Below are positions 1 to 14,312 of a stretch of DNA of 64,000 nt, piece by piece. This DNA is from Laetmonice hystrix (Eukaryota): assembly GCA_965235115.1 (NCBI GenBank), contig OZ249436.1:17238001-17302000 (forward strand), written 5' to 3'. The translations under genes and the position numbers were made by a program. Each line of letters starts with the position of its first letter. The first letter of the stretch is position 1. Below the pieces are notes generated by a model, which saw only the letters and a list, made by a program, of their open reading frames with translations, was not told where the DNA came from and searched no databases.

Positions 1-438
1 GCGTTCAGGGGTAGAGACGAGAACGTTTTAACAGGAGAAGCAGGAAGCGGGGAGATTTATGGCCGAAGGACAGCCAAGAGAGTTTGTCCTTACAGTCACC
101 ATGTGTTTGCCAAGTGTTTACCAAATGAACAACGCCTCAGTGTGATCAGTAACCTGTAAGAGAATCCTACTCTGGTGCCTCCCTGGTCTGAGAAACCCGA
201 TCCTAACCTTCTCCCCCTCTCCCCGGCCATAATGTGCGCCTGTATTGTCATGCTGGAAGCTTAAACAACATGCTTGAATCCAATCCAGAATGTCGGATGT
301 CAATCACTCTTGCTGTTCATCACAGGCCTGGGATCAGCTATCATTGGAGCCAAGGTCAAGTCAGAGGTTCGCATACGTGCCACCAGGGGGCCAATTCTTA
401 ATGCCGCAGACTGCCACTAGGGGGATGCAAGTACCTGG

Positions 439-514
439 TCAAACGCCATCAGGGCCGACGGTTTTGGTCGACCCCTGGCTGAGGAATGATGGGAATTTCA
501 GGAATTCAGGCCAG
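439..514 (-). CDS. Candidate terminal coding exon of NudE (SWPEFLKFPSFLSQGSTKTVGPDGV*)
   Basis: Strong pyrimidine tract plus CAG acceptor at 515-516 and a phase-2 join to the exon ending at 1038; stop at 439-441 gives a 326-aa protein. No recognisable homology. Confidence 0.45.
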
Positions 515-1037
515 CTGGAGGAGAGGGTAGAATGTGTGAGTAACAATGAGGACGGATCGGGTTAACACGATCCAGCCTTACTTGTCAATCTACATTAACA
601 GGCTTCTTACTACTGTACCACAAAACGTTATTTCACCCAAGGAGGGTTTCTGAAAACCTCAGGTAGAAAATATGAGGTTGGTTTCAAATAAATTCTTTTG
701 CAGGTACGTTTCTTCATTCACCTTTTGTAGCACATCATTTCTGTTAGTGGAGGTCAATAAGGAATGACAGAGTTTACAAAGTCTTGTGATTACAGGCACG
801 ATCTGACATTGAGAGAGTGAGACAGACTGTCGGTCACATAGCTTACATTGAATACATAAACTAACCACCTTATATTATGGTTGTCTAACTAAGTGACACA
901 ACTGTTGGAGTTGGTTTATCTTTGAGTTTCCCACAGCCTTCAGGTAAAAGCACACATGGAGGAGGATGCTGGAGCACAAAGCTATTCAAAGTTATCCACC
1001 AGTGTACGGGTTATGTTTGGAGTCGGGTGAGACGTAC

Positions 1038-4000
1038 CTTGGAGAGTTGAGTGGACTGGATGATCCAGTCTTGTTTGGCCGTGGCTGGTCCTTTACAAAG
1101 TTACGACAAGATGCTAGCTTAGACTCCAATGCCTGCAATGCACAAAGCCATCAAGAAAATCTATATACTATCAGAAATTACTAAATTAATTTGAGTATTT
1201 TTACTGGTATATTTTTGTTCAGGTTCTCTCTCTATTCTCAATTCCTTCATGCAGATGTTTCCAAAACATTTAAATACATCTTGCCACTTGCTCGCCTCTT
1301 CGTTGATACATGAACCACATTCCAGGCGTACAATCAAATCAAAAGTCGTGTGGTGGATGACCCGTCGATCAAATAAAAAAAATAATTGAAACTGAAAGAG
1401 TTGGAAGCAGCTGTGTCTGTAATTGAATGAAATCTGTTTGCACTATACCTGAATATAACAGGTTGTTATGGTTAGAGAGTCCAAATTTTCCTGTACTGAC
1501 AACATTTTTGTTTTTAATAGATACAGTAAGTGTTCAATCTGTGTGGTGGTAGCTGTACTCACCCCAACCTTCCGAAGAAGGTCGCCGACGATGTTGAGGG
1601 CCGATATCCTCGCAGAGGGTGTGATTGGGGTACCGGAACCGCTATGTGTGAGAACTGTCACATAAACAGAACATATAGCAATTACATAACGTAGAAATTA
1701 TTTTGTTATATAACAATCAATCTATGCATCCAAACCTCCATGGACGAACCTCATAAATTATTGAATGAATTAAAAAAACTTATATCAGAACTCATAGAGT
1801 TGAGCTTACTCAAGAGTGGTAATTTTCGGCAAACCCTGCCCCTCTACCTGTACGATTGACTGATACTTATACGGTACTTACTTTTGGCTGGTGTGGCTGG
1901 AGGCGTGTGGAAGTCACCGTCAGCCAGTCGGTTTGAGTCAACAGGGACTTCATTATCTACACGTTCATTGTCCACAGATTTCTGTTGCTGAGGTGGCTCT
2001 GGCTTGTATTTTCTTGTTTGCATCTCTGTGTGAAAGTTAGTGGGAATTATTTGGGATTATATGTATAGGATTTAGAATACAGAACAAAACTGACCAAACC
2101 GGCATGGATGTAGATGGTCCTCATTTGGTTTACATAATTCCACTTCTACAAAAAGTGTGGTTTATCACTATACTATTTCTATAAAATGTGGACACTTTGT
2201 AACAATATTTACCCATTTGCTGATGCTTGCTTGTTGGCCGTACAGCTAACTCTGATCTCAGATCTGAAAAGTCACATAAACCATGTGCTAAATTGACCTA
2301 TAAATTGTACAGTTATCTATGTAGATCTACAGTTCTTCAGTGTCATAAGGAATGTCCTGTCAAAATGTGCTAAACTGACCTATAAATTGTACCTTCATCG
2401 ATGTAGATCTAAAGTTCTCCAGTGTTATGATGAATCAACAAATAATTTGATTTTAACCACTGACTTATTAACACCGTGATTTCTTAATGAAGACCCTACA
2501 AATTAATGCCCCAGTCATGGCCACTTGAGGGCCAGCCTCCTCACCTCTGGCTTCGTCTTTGAGTCGTTGGACCGTCACGGCTAACGTCTCCCGCTCCTCG
2601 AGCTCGCTCTCCAGGAACGCATTTCTCTCAATCGCCTACCAACATTTGACAGACTCTCACTCAAACAGGTAATTTTAGAAATTTTTAGAAAATTTTAGAA
2701 AAGGTGTAGATTTCTGCTAGATCTATATAAAGTAATATTAAGAATATAATCGTACCTGATTTAATCGACCTTCGAAGTCTTCCAACGACACCACAGTCGA
2801 CCTGAAACAAGACAATCTGATGAACTCTCTGATCCCTACCACCTTGACCCCCTGACCCAGAGGTCACCATGCTCTCATCATTTCCAAAGTCATCATAGTT
2901 TGGTCTGAATTCAAGCTCCTCCAGTGATTGGCCTGGCAGGAGTGACCTCCCACTTTTACCTCAACCCTGGAGGAGGTAGGGGCCATGGCTCTGGAGTAGG
3001 TGGGGCCAGGGCCCTGGAGAAGGTGGGGCCAGGGCCCTGGAGAAGGTGGGGCCAGGGCCCTGGAGAAGGTGGGGCCAGGGCCCTGGAGTAGGTGGGGTCA
3101 GGGCCCTGGAGGAGGTGGGGTCAGGGCCCTGGAGTAGGTGGGGTCAGGGCCCTGAAGGAGGTGGGGTCAGGGCCCTGGAGAAGGTGGGGTCAGGGCCCTG
3201 GAGAGGGGTAAGGGCCCTGGAGGAGGTGAGGTCAGGGCCCTGGAGGAGGTCGGGGTCAGGGCCCGTTTTTTTTGTCTACTTTTCCACCGTGAGCAAGGGT
3301 GAGCTGCGGAAAAACACCCCAAAAAACGAAAACAGTGAGCAAAACGGTGAGCATGAGCTTCTGCTCACCCTTGCTCAGCTCTGCTCAGCCTTGCTCACAG
3401 TGGAAAAGTAAACAAAAAAACCGGGCCCAGGACCCTGGAGTAGGTGGGGCCAGGGCCCTGGACTGGAGTAGGTGGGGCCAGGGCCCTGGAGTAGGTGGGG
3501 TCAGGGCCCTGGAGAGGCGTAAGGGCCCTGGAGTAGGTGGGGTCAGGGCCCTGGAGTAGGTGGGGCCAGGGCCCTGGAGTAGGTGGGGTCAGGGCCCTGG
3601 AGAGGCGTAAGGGCCCTGGAGTAGGTGGGGTCAGGGCCCTGGAGAACGTGGGGTCAGGGCCCTGGAGAGGGTAAAACCGTAACGGTAAGGGCCCTGGAGG
3701 AGGTGGGGCCAGGGGCCAGTTTTACTAAAGGTCCTTATTTAAGGACGTCGCTAATTTAACATAGAAGTGAATGGGTTGCTAGGTCGTAAATAACGACCTA
3801 GCAACCATTCACTTCTATGTTAAATTAGGGACGTCCTTAAATAAGGACCTTTAGTAAAACGGACCCCTGGGCCCTGGAGGAGGTGGGGTAAGGGCCCCGG
3901 AGAAGGTGGGGTCAGGGCCCTGGAGAGGGGTAAGGGCCCTGGAGGAGGTGGGGTCAGGGCCCTGGAGGAGGTGGAATCAGGGCCCTGGAGAAGGTGGGGG

Positions 4001-7000
4001 TAATATAGGCCATACTGCAGTGTTCTCGCCAGCCTTTTCTTGTATACTGTGGTGTATTTAGGCCTCTAACTCGGTCTTTTAGGTTGCTACACTCTGTTGA
4101 ACAGCATAGCAGCAAAAACATGTCAAAATTCAACAGAACCTACGGGAATATCGGAAAAATATCGACCATAATGTTCAGTTTAGTAAGCCTTTCTCATATT
4201 GACTGCAAGATAAGGCTCTAAAATATCCTAAAATCCCAGAGCTTGTGAGAGGGGGGGGGGGGGGGGTCTTCGCCCCTGCTGTACCCCTAACCAGGGCTCT
4301 GCCCTTGGCTTGATCACCAGACTGTCGAAAGTTTCTGGTGAAAACCCTGTAGTACTGACAGTTGTCACCACTCCCTCTCGCACTGCCCACCCCAGGTCGG
4401 TGTGGCCGGTCAGAGTGTCACACAAACATGGGAGCGGTCAAGCAGACAGAATTTGGGCAATGGGGCTTGAAGTGGCAGTGCAGCAAACCCTGGTTGGTAG
4501 CGTCGGATTTGACTAACAAACCTTCAGGTAAAGTAAACCTCCCTCCCTCACCCGGAAAATAGTTGGGCATAGCTTGTTTTACCGCAGGAAACAACTATCT
4601 CCACACTGTGTCTGATTTTAATTTACCACGGTGAGACCATAAAACATGTGGAGACATTCAGTCTGATTGATCACTCAGATACCGTGAGGTCAGGTAGGAC
4701 ACACCTACATGGGGTCAGAGCTCATGACCTTGGCCACAGCTGAATAATTTCTGATTCAATTCATTTAGTTTTACGCTAATTACTTCAATAAATCTGACAC
4801 TCATTTCCGCACATAAATCAATTAAGGTGTGGAAAATCAACATCATTCTGATTTCCTAATGAAGCTTGTTTTTATTTGAAAAGTCCACAAATTTTTCGTA
4901 GGATCAAGAGTTTTCTCTAATGTCTTGACCGATAGTTTGAGTCCTTCCGTCGCATGCTAACCCTCACCATCATGTTTGTTCCTAGTCATCCCAAACCCTT
5001 TCAGCCTGATGTCCTGACCGATATCTGGAATCCCTCTGTGGCATGTTAACCCTCATGTACACCTTTGTTCCCAGTCAACCCTAACCCTTTCCCCACAGGT
5101 TGCCAAGTCTGCTATTCTGAAACCTATTCTTCTCACGTCCACAGGTAGAGTGTACAGGCAGGTGTCATGTTTCATCCACCCACCACATCAGGTCAAATTC
5201 CTGACTCCATATTAAAGGTGCTTGAGGGCAAAATAAACTGAAACTGGGATAGTGTTCCCAGACTGTAAACGTTTTACTGCCCTAGATTAACAATGTCCCC
5301 CACATGGTGGTCCCCCTAAATATGTCCCGTTCCTTCCAATGTGCCCCCCCCCCGACACCCCCCACACTCCCAGTGCGGGGGGGGGGGGGCACCCCCTGAA
5401 TATCTCCTTCGTCACCTTCCCATTCTGACGCCCGAGGATTCAGTCATAGGACAGGATCTGAACCACACGATATCCTGATCTCAATTACCATATTCCCACC
5501 ACCATATCCTGACCCTCAGTAAACAACCAATCATCATCCCAAGTAGGTGGGTGAGTCTGAGAGAATGTTTATAGCACCCAGGGTCATGAGGTCATGACAC
5601 TGGTCAGAACCCTGTCCCCAGGAAGTCCGCGGTAAAGGGTTCTCATATCCTGAAATCTTTGTGAAAAATTAACAAGTAAATATTAGATAATAATTAATGG
5701 CCGAGTATTACTTTTGAATGATCTTATCATAACATGCTATTAAAATCATTTAAAATATTGATGAGTGCGTAGGATCATGTAAAACATCTCGGAAGCCAAC
5801 ATTTTCAGTGACTGAAATAAGATTTAGCAACTTTTAAATTTAGTTTACAAATTGCATATTACCGCCCACTGCCAATGGCACGTACGACTTGAAATTTGTG
5901 ATTTAACTGAGTGGGTTACAGAGAAGAGGATTTTTGATTTTGATGTTGATTTTAACTGCTCAACAGTAGGGGTTTACTGGAGATAAGTCTATCCAATTAT
6001 TGCCTACATAATATTAAGACCCGTTACTATGTACGTCAGTCACAGGGAGTTGGGACATGAGGACGCCAGGAGGAGGAGGAGAAGAAGGAAGTGATTGGGA
6101 TGGTCACCAAGGATGATGTAGGGCAGGAAGTGGTGACGTCACAGAGGCAGGAAGTGGTGACGTCCGAGGTCACTCACCAGGAATGCCAATGTGTCAAGGC
6201 AGGCACCCGCAGCCCGACTACAAAACACTAAACACTTTCTGACATACAAATCACAAAAATAATTGTTCTCATACAACCAAATGTGAGACAATGTCTGCCA
6301 GAATGGGAAGGTGACGGCGGAGGTATTCAGGGGGTGCTTGAGACAATGCCACTGTGTCTGATTTCAGCTGGAAAATATTTCACTGTCGATAATTCTGTAG
6401 TGTAGGTTTCTAGGGTCACTTACTTACTGGCCCCATGAGTGGGGATTGAGTGGAGGTCACTGACTGACCACAGTGACCAGGACCTGTACACAGAGGACTG
6501 ACCAGTCAACTGACCACCCTGACTTAAGGACCTGTACACAGGCCAGTCTACTGACCACCCTGACTAAAGGCTGACCTCGCTGACCCTCTGGTAGGCCAGG
6601 TAGACCCCCCCCCCCTCCCCAGTGTCTGGCTATGCGGCCAACAACAATCCCCATCCCTTGGAACATAAGTGGTCACACCTAATCACTCATGGCTCATGAA
6701 TGAAGTCATAAACTTGGTATTTCTTTCTCCTGAATCTGGCAACACCTTCAGTAAGTGCCTGTGTCAAATCGTTTCCTGATCAGCCTAAAACACAAGAGGG
6801 GTCCTTATGATATAATCAGGCCAATGTTTGGTAATAATAGCAAGCAGACCGTTCCAATAATCCTGTACAAATAAACACATGCGGGAGGGAGGGGGGTTCC
6901 CACACTATGAACTGGTCACCGATTTAAAGCCACTGGACTTCAGCATGGAATTAATCCAATTCCCCCACCAGGGTCAAGGTCAACCCAACGTAATACACTT

Positions 7001-10000
7001 TACAGTACCCGGCTTTCACTAACAGCCTGGTGACCTAGTGTGCATTATCTTGTGTTCATAATTCACTGTTTCATGTAGGAAAACTGACGCCTCAGTACTA
7101 GGGTCACAATTCTCTGTTGACTGTTGACCAGAACCATCCTATTTCTCCTATAGATCATAAATTGCTTGTTGTCTTGAAACTCTGTTTTATGTCTCTCAGT
7201 CTGTTCCATAAGTAACCAACCTGTCATCTCGAAGTTGACAGAACTGTTTGAATACAATAATTAAATCCATTTGTGACCATGGGCAGTGAACCCGCAGTAA
7301 TGCTCCCCCACCAAGCGTGCACAGACCCCCCCGGTGGTCGCCCTGCGTGCGACTGTTAGGGACTGCTGAGACTGGTTCTAGTGGTAGTGGTGGGGACTAA
7401 CAACCTGTCTGAGAAGACTGATCAATCAGAGTTTGGGTGTGGTTTTAAATGTCCATGTCGATACTGGGGTGTACACCTAGAGCACAGTGCTCTCCTGGTA
7501 CCATGGAAACTGCCGCAGACAGTGTATAGGCAGCAATATTCAATCGGGACCTCAATAAACTGTAGGCTTTTGTGCAGGATTCCATCTGGTGTATTTCAAC
7601 ACATTACAACCACAACATGAACAACTCCAATGGCTCAAAGACCTATACTACCATCTTTTGAGTAACACTTCACAGTGTCTTTGGTGTACAATAGCTAATA
7701 GTACTGTTACTGGAACCTAATTTCTATGTTAATAAACCAAATGCTAAAACAACTAATCTAAGTAGTAACTGTTATTTCTTTTTAATTTCAAGATAGCAGA
7801 AACTCAAGGGTAGCATACCGTTTTGCACGTTCCAAGTCATCATTTGATTGTTCAAGCTCCCGGATGTATTTCTGTAGCTCCTCTTTGAATCCTTTGTATT
7901 GGGCAAGCTCATCCTCGAGTGCAGTGATTCGAGTGTGACTGTACGTTTGTTGTTTCTCCAACTTATTCTGAAAAAGGATAGAATCATCAGTCAGCAGCTC
8001 CATCACTTTGTCTTATGGAAAGAAACCTTGGAAAAAATTATATTTTACCTGTATTCTAAATTAAAAGGAAATTGTTTCAAAACACAGAGATCGAATTTAT
8101 CATAATTTATGGAGCAATCTGCTTCCCTGAGATCATGACTTGCTTCCCTGAAGGCTGAGTGTTATAAAAAATATAACCCTTTTTTGGAAGCAATTAATAA
8201 TTAATACTATTGGCATATGCTTCCATGGAAAAATCCAAAATTTGGTCCCTGCATTTAAGATGAAGTTGAGGCTTGTGATCAATAGTGATCTAACCTTAAA
8301 AAACCTTAGATCAAAAATTAAAATTCCCAAACAAGTGGGTACCCAATGAAAGTAGACACTTTAAATTCAAGTAATTTCTAATTCTAGTTAAAGGTAAGCT
8401 TCAACCCAATACACATACACAATAAACATGTAATTCACATGTGAGCATCATAAGCCATTTCCGCTTGCCTGAGATGGCCCCAGGACTTTTGTCAATCAGT
8501 GACTGTCACATGTAAGGTCCTAACACCCCCTGGTTTAGTACCTGGGATGCAATCGACCGTGCTTGACACTGGGTTACCTGTATTGTGTATCCCACATACC
8601 TGTGAAGTGACACTTTTATTGGGGGAGGACATGATTGCGATCAGTTTCTGGTCGTCAGACGTGTCATTAAGATTTTACAATTCATGAGACAACACATAAT
8701 TTATAACCGTAGGCATGGCAAACAATACACTGATGACAAGGTATACACACTTCCTTGTCATACCGGCAATGAACCAGGTCAGCCTTTCAGTTTCAGCCCT
8801 TACTTAGAACTGTTCAAACCTTTGTACACTGTTCTGTAGGCAGCAGGTTAGATACTGCTGTCAAAGAATCACTAAACTCTAGATCTGAGAGACAGGGAGA
8901 TATGACTGTACTGTGATCTCAACTGAAGTGAGTACATTCTAATCTAAAGGTATGTGCCTAAGTTGCCATGATACACCAATGGCCCAGTACCAACGGGTAT
9001 GTTTACACAAGAGTATTTATGGCTAAACCCTTGGGTTCCAATGTTGAAATTATCTATCATGTTCTTCGGAGTCACTGCACACCTTCATGGGTGTTAACAA
9101 CTCCTGATTTTGGTGACTTAAAAATTTTTAAGGTCGTCGAGCCCAGGGGCAAAAGATCTACTGTCCAGGCTCCCATTTCTAAGCTGAGATTTCAAACATT
9201 GTATTTAAGACATTCTGATCATTACTGGTCTGTACACTTATTGTAAGATGGAATTCCTTCTTCTGAATTTTTCTCACGACGGAATTCCATCTAGAGACGG
9301 GCAGTTAACACCCATTTAGTAGATTTACCCTTGTATGATTTGGTTGGAGAATTCCGAGAAATCTAGACGGTGAGAAATAGTTCTCCTGTTCTGGTTTGGG
9401 TTGACCTGAATGCTGAGTGAGTGAGGCGTGTCTGGGGAGTGTGCCACTACTTCAACAGTTTACCTAAGTTGTTTAGTTAACTCTCCCATGCTGCCATAAA
9501 TTGATTATAATTGACATGGCACCACTCAACACCTGTCAGATTATTTAAACCCATCAATAAAACCTATAAAAACACACAGAGCTCTCTAAACTAGAGAACT
9601 CATTAACTGACCTGGTAGACAGGTGGGAGTTTAGTTTAGTTACAGGTAGAGTACACCCACAGGCACTCCAGACAGCTTCATCTGTGCACACTGTGTGCTG
9701 AGGCGGGACGGGTGGGGGTGGGAAACACCTGGCCATTTTCCAAATAACAGTACACCCCACTAGCTACTGTACCCCACTATCACAACACTGACCTGGCTCT
9801 GGCTGAGTTAGATTCCCCAGGTCACCTGAGGTTAATAGCTCACCACTGGACAACCCCTAAAGTTCTCCCAGTTTTGCCCTGCATATGTTTACCATCAGTG
9901 ATGGCCCTATGACTATGAGAGGCCAGAGAGGGACATTTAAACCTCATGGCTGACCTCCTTCCATACTGATTCCAGCCAGTGTACTGAGTGCCATGAGTCA

Positions 10001-13000
10001 TCATCATGTGGTACAGTACATGGGGGGGGGGGGGGGGGGGTATTATTAAAACGTATGATACCTACTTACTAACATGTAACATCAGCAGATCTCATACAAG
10101 TTGCTATAAAAAAAAAGGTCATAATTTAACAAAAATATGACAACTAAAACAGCATTCATGGTTTATTCACATGTGCCATGAAATGATGACTACTGCTACA
10201 CAGGTGATGATGGCCTGTATATATATCGCTAGATTTGACACTACCCCACACAAAATAGGACATACCTTAGTTTACAGGACTCCCATGTTAAGCATGGACC
10301 AGTGGACTGAGTCCACCAAAAATTGGCCTGGTCCAGTGCCAGTGCTGAGGGACTGGACCAGGCAGCCCTGTGCAGGCAGTCCAGAGATTCTGAACAAATG
10401 TTTTATTAAAAAACTTGTCCATGAATATAGATCCTACCTTTTCCCCACTTTGTTCCCAATAGTTTTTTGTCATGTTACTTTAGTCATGGTGGAAACATGT
10501 TTGATAGAGGCCCATAACCATGCCACCATTTGTCATCTTTAAACTGGTCCAGTGAAAGTGTCTCTGGTCCATCTCTCATACCAAACCAAAAATTCCTTAT
10601 TTTGGGCCCTGCTTTGACTTTGTGATATGGGTAGGTACTATGCATCATCAACCTTAAAACCCAGAGTTGCCACTCCCACTTTGAAAAAAAAGGAAAATCA
10701 AAAATATATGTTTCTGCAAACAATGTTAAATGACCGGATGTTTTTTTTTTAAAACCATGTTAGTGCTCTAAGTATGGATTCATTCACAGATTTTGAAAAT
10801 AGCCATAATTTAATGCCATGCCAGTCTTTTTAATTCCAAAGAAAAGAGACTTACCATTACAAATTAAATCCCTGCTAATATTAATTATTACCTCAACCAT
10901 AAAAGCCTAACCCTTTGGATCCGATTGGCCAAATTTCTGGCCAGAGTATGGTACATAATTCAACTGGCCAGTTTTCCGGCCAGATGAAGAAGCTTTACAT
11001 GATGGGCCGACGAAAAAACTGGTATGTACAGGGCTCAAAATACTTAAAACATTTTGATTCACAATAACTATAGTTATCTGGTTTGTAAAAGCAGTATTAG
11101 GCAATATTTTGCAACTGATCTCTTAATTAGATTCACTAAGTAGACTGATTTTGGCATGTTAGGATTAAGCTCAACCTAATTCTAAGGAGTATTTTGAAGG
11201 GCCCCTAATTGGCTGAGAAGCTAATACTAATAGTAATAGTAGTTAATACTTCTAAAGGGTTAATAAGGAGCCTTGGGGATTATTTAAGTTAACCCCTGAG
11301 TTGGACTTGCCCCTTCCCAACCCTGGGATTATCATAACAATATTAGAATAAACACTTACTCTCAACATATCTACATCCATCTGATATCTCTGGTTTGCTG
11401 TTGTTAGTTCCTTTATTTTTCCCTCTGCATTTTCTAACTGGGCCTCTAATTCTGCTTCCAATTCACGTGAGCTTGTTTGAAACTCATCCAGCTCTTCTCG
11501 ACAGTCTTCAAGGCTGAAACACAATAACATATTTTTCTGTTTAGAAAAAGTCAAATTTCCCACAGCTTTTCCCTGCCAATCCAAAAACGGGACCCAGACT
11601 GCAAACTTCACAGCCTTCAATTATAGTCAGGGCCATGATAATATGCATAGAATGCTAGACTGTCAGGGCATCCGCCAGGGGGGGGGGGGGGGGGGGCGGG
11701 ATTTATCCCCCCCATGATTGGGACATGAGGGGGATATCCCCCCCATAAATCTGCAGAGCAGTGTCTTTTTTTAAGCTATTCTCGCTCTGAGAGGCCAGGA
11801 AAACGCATCTCCGGAGTTCAGGAAAAAAAAATTTCTGGGGGAGGGCCCCCAGACCCCCCCCCCATTACTTTTTTTCTGGCGGAAACCCTGATTGTGTCAT
11901 TAAATCATCATTATTCAGATCAGTTGGCCCTAGATCAACAAATTTAACCTGGGAAGAGCATATAATCAGAGAAACCTAATCAGAATATATCATCAGAAAA
12001 AAGACTTCAAGTGTTCTGACTTAGGCCTAATAGTCGGCAGTGGTTACTCTGCCGGCGTATGGATGGGTCACGTGACGGCAATACGGGATTCTTATTGGAT
12101 AGTGTCTGACGTCAGAACAGACTAATGGGGTACATTAGGCGCATGCGCAATGGGGATTTCCAGTCAAATCCGTATGGCAGCAGCACTGTACACGTCGGTC
12201 CTTGCTTACAAGTTTAGATCTATAGGACAGCGAAATGCTAATGTGCTGTAGGAATAGGATGACCTAACCTTATCATTACAGGCCTGATTTTAAGACGCGA
12301 ACGATCGTTTCGTTCACCTAAAATGAAAAGGCTGAGAACAAAAATCCGTTCACCTGCAAATTTTGCAAGCCTGAGATTAACAGGCGAACAGTTGTTTTGT
12401 TCGCCTGTCGGTTAGACTCTCTACCTAAAATAAAAAACAGGCGAACGAAAAATGGGTTACGCAAATTTCCCTTAATCTCAGGCCCGCGTTAGCCGTTACT
12501 AAAAAATATTAACTCATATGGACTTAAGTGAATGAGAGATATCTAAAAATTGTTATACCTTTTTAGATCAAACATCGGTTTGGCGACAAGGTACCTCATT
12601 AGTGCCTAGGCCTAATTAACAATTTTGGGACTAAACTAGAGGTGTAGACCTAACCTTAACTCTAACCCAAACATATTGTTTCGAGTCAGTAATAAGTCAA
12701 ACTAATTTACTTATTCTGCCGTCTGACGGCAGCATAACTCGAATAACCACTTTATTTATTCTGAATATTCAATAGGCCTAACAACGTTAACGTGTTAACC
12801 TCTAAACTAGTCTAAAGTCTAATACACAATGCCATTAATTAGGTCAACTGTCATGACTGGGGTATGACTACAACTATGGAAAGAGAGCCGAGGTCTCCCT
12901 TAACCAATCCACATTCATTCCCCCCACTCCCCATCCCGATGTCCCCACACTTCCCACCGCGGCCGCCGTGCACACACACACGGCCGACCCACCCCTCCGT

Positions 13001-13096
13001 GCCGTAAACCTACCTCTGTTTGTAAGCGTTCGCAACATCCCTCCAGTGCGCAGCCTCCTCCTCGGCCGACGCAAAACTGTGCTCATCTTCCTCCAT
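1038..13096 (-). CDS. NDEL1: Nuclear distribution protein NudE homolog (NDE1/NDEL1), 9 coding exons found, final exon uncertain
   Basis: Exons (GT-AG, phases consistent): 13096-13014, 11513-11360, 7967-7819, 2801-2756, 2635-2545, 2263-2213, 2025-1882, 1654-1563, 1132-1038. Translation includes [77 protein letters not shown] and [33 protein letters not shown], the hallmark NudE blocks. Confidence 0.96.
3260..3427. mobile_element. MITE, Harbinger-like (GGCCCG termini, CAG target duplication)
   Basis: Terminal inverted repeats ggcccgttttttttgtctacttttccaccgtgagcaagg / ccttgctcacagtggaaaagtaaacaaaaaaaccgggcc; CAG at 3257-3259 and 3428-3430. Confidence 0.8.
3713..3866. mobile_element. Palindromic MITE, Harbinger-like (CWG flanks)
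   Basis: Near-perfect ~154-bp fold-back (gttttactaaaggtccttatttaaggacgtc...gacgtccttaaataaggacctttagtaaaac); a half copy occurs at 35933-36008. Confidence 0.85.
11664..11890. mobile_element. hAT-like MITE (CAGGG...CCCTG)
   Basis: cagggcatccgccag / ctggcggaaaccctg inverted ends; no clear target duplication. Confidence 0.55.
12281..12484. mobile_element. MITE with GGCCTGA termini
   Basis: ggcctgattttaag / cttaatctcaggcc inverted ends; internal aggcgaac/gttcgcct repeats. Confidence 0.55.
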
Positions 13097-13885
13097 TTTC
13101 ACCCAGGAGAATCCTTAGATCGTAGGTAACCCAAGTTTCCTTACACCAATGACGTCTCCAATAATATATCCACCGTAACTGCCACACGATAGAAGAGGCA
13201 GATGAGGGCGAACTCAACTGTCGGGCGATCACTCAAATTCCACCACACTGTACTGTTCAACGGATACTCCGCAAATTATGATCACAGTTTGGCTTACTAA
13301 GCGGCAATAAAACCGGTAACTAGCCGATAAACAAAACCATCCTATCAATCACCGTATGATGTGGAAACAGGATAGTACACAAAGTGGCGAGAAATCTTTA
13401 ACGTAAGCTCTCAGATGCAGTTCCTAAGACGTGCCACTCCGACTCAAAGCAGTGCCCGTTCCTTCCTGCAACCGTCTCCCATCCTCGGAAGTTGACCGTG
13501 CGTTTCCGAGGAAAATGGCGATAAGGAACTACTTTATATCCATACGCGTTTCTCATCAAGAACATGATAGTAGTTTTGAAAATAAAACAACTAACGTTAT
13601 CGCAGTGCAAAACCAGAAAAGGTTATTGTTGTTCAAATAATAATCTGAGAGATATAATGGCTTCAATATGTACTTTAGCAATAAGAATATCGAACTATTT
13701 TGTACCGGAAGTGCGCGGCTTCTTCCGGTGCGTAGCAGAATGACGGCGCCCGTGAAATGATGGGAGACTGGGTTAAATAAGGAGGAGATTTTTTTGCAAG
13801 AAGTTTATTTAATTCATACATTTCTAGTCCTTTAGTCTGTTCTAAAATGGTCTCGTAGAAGGTCAGGAACGCATTTAACTGGTTG
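13097..13885. promoter_or_regulatory. Bidirectional promoter region of NudE and MARF1, including the non-coding first exon of MARF1 (donor after 13885)
   Basis: CpG-rich interval between divergent genes; inverted ETS-type sites CCGGAAGT (13705) and CTTCCGG (13722), a YY1-type AAAATGGCG (~13512), and a G|GTGAGT donor at 13886. Confidence 0.7.
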
Positions 13886-14312
13886 GTGAGTTAAATATGC
13901 ATTGTCGGTTTATTTGTAGTATATAAATGATATTTTTCACAATGTAAACAACAACAACAGATCATTTTACTAGGCCTAGTCTGACACTGTGACAGTGACA
14001 CTACTTACTACTTAGTGACAGTCACACACAGAGCTGAGTCAGGGGCACGTGAGGGTGTGGACTCCCGGATTTGTAAAGATTTCTGACATATGATCTTTAT
14101 GGTTATCTTGACGTGACAACAAGTTATGCATACTTCCCTGACCCGCCACTAATTGATTTGCCACCACCAGTACTGGTCAGCACAAAATCAGAAAAATGTA
14201 GGACAGTAGGTTTAACCTTGTGACTTAATTTAGATTAAATGAGCATAAGTTTGTCTAATCATAACTTATCTAAGATGTGAGTGCATGTAATTTGTATTCT
14301 GACTGACATGTT

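Larger units (their letters stand above)
2966..3998. repeat. 23-bp G-rich minisatellite (GGGGTCAGGGCCCTGGAGTAGGT-like) interrupted by two MITEs
   Basis: Directly visible tandem copies in NudE intron 3. Confidence 0.95.

Noticed and set aside
3046..3559. Gly/Pro/Trp-rich ORFs, and the similar RDWDGG ORFs at 59082-59781
   Set aside because: They are translations of minisatellites.
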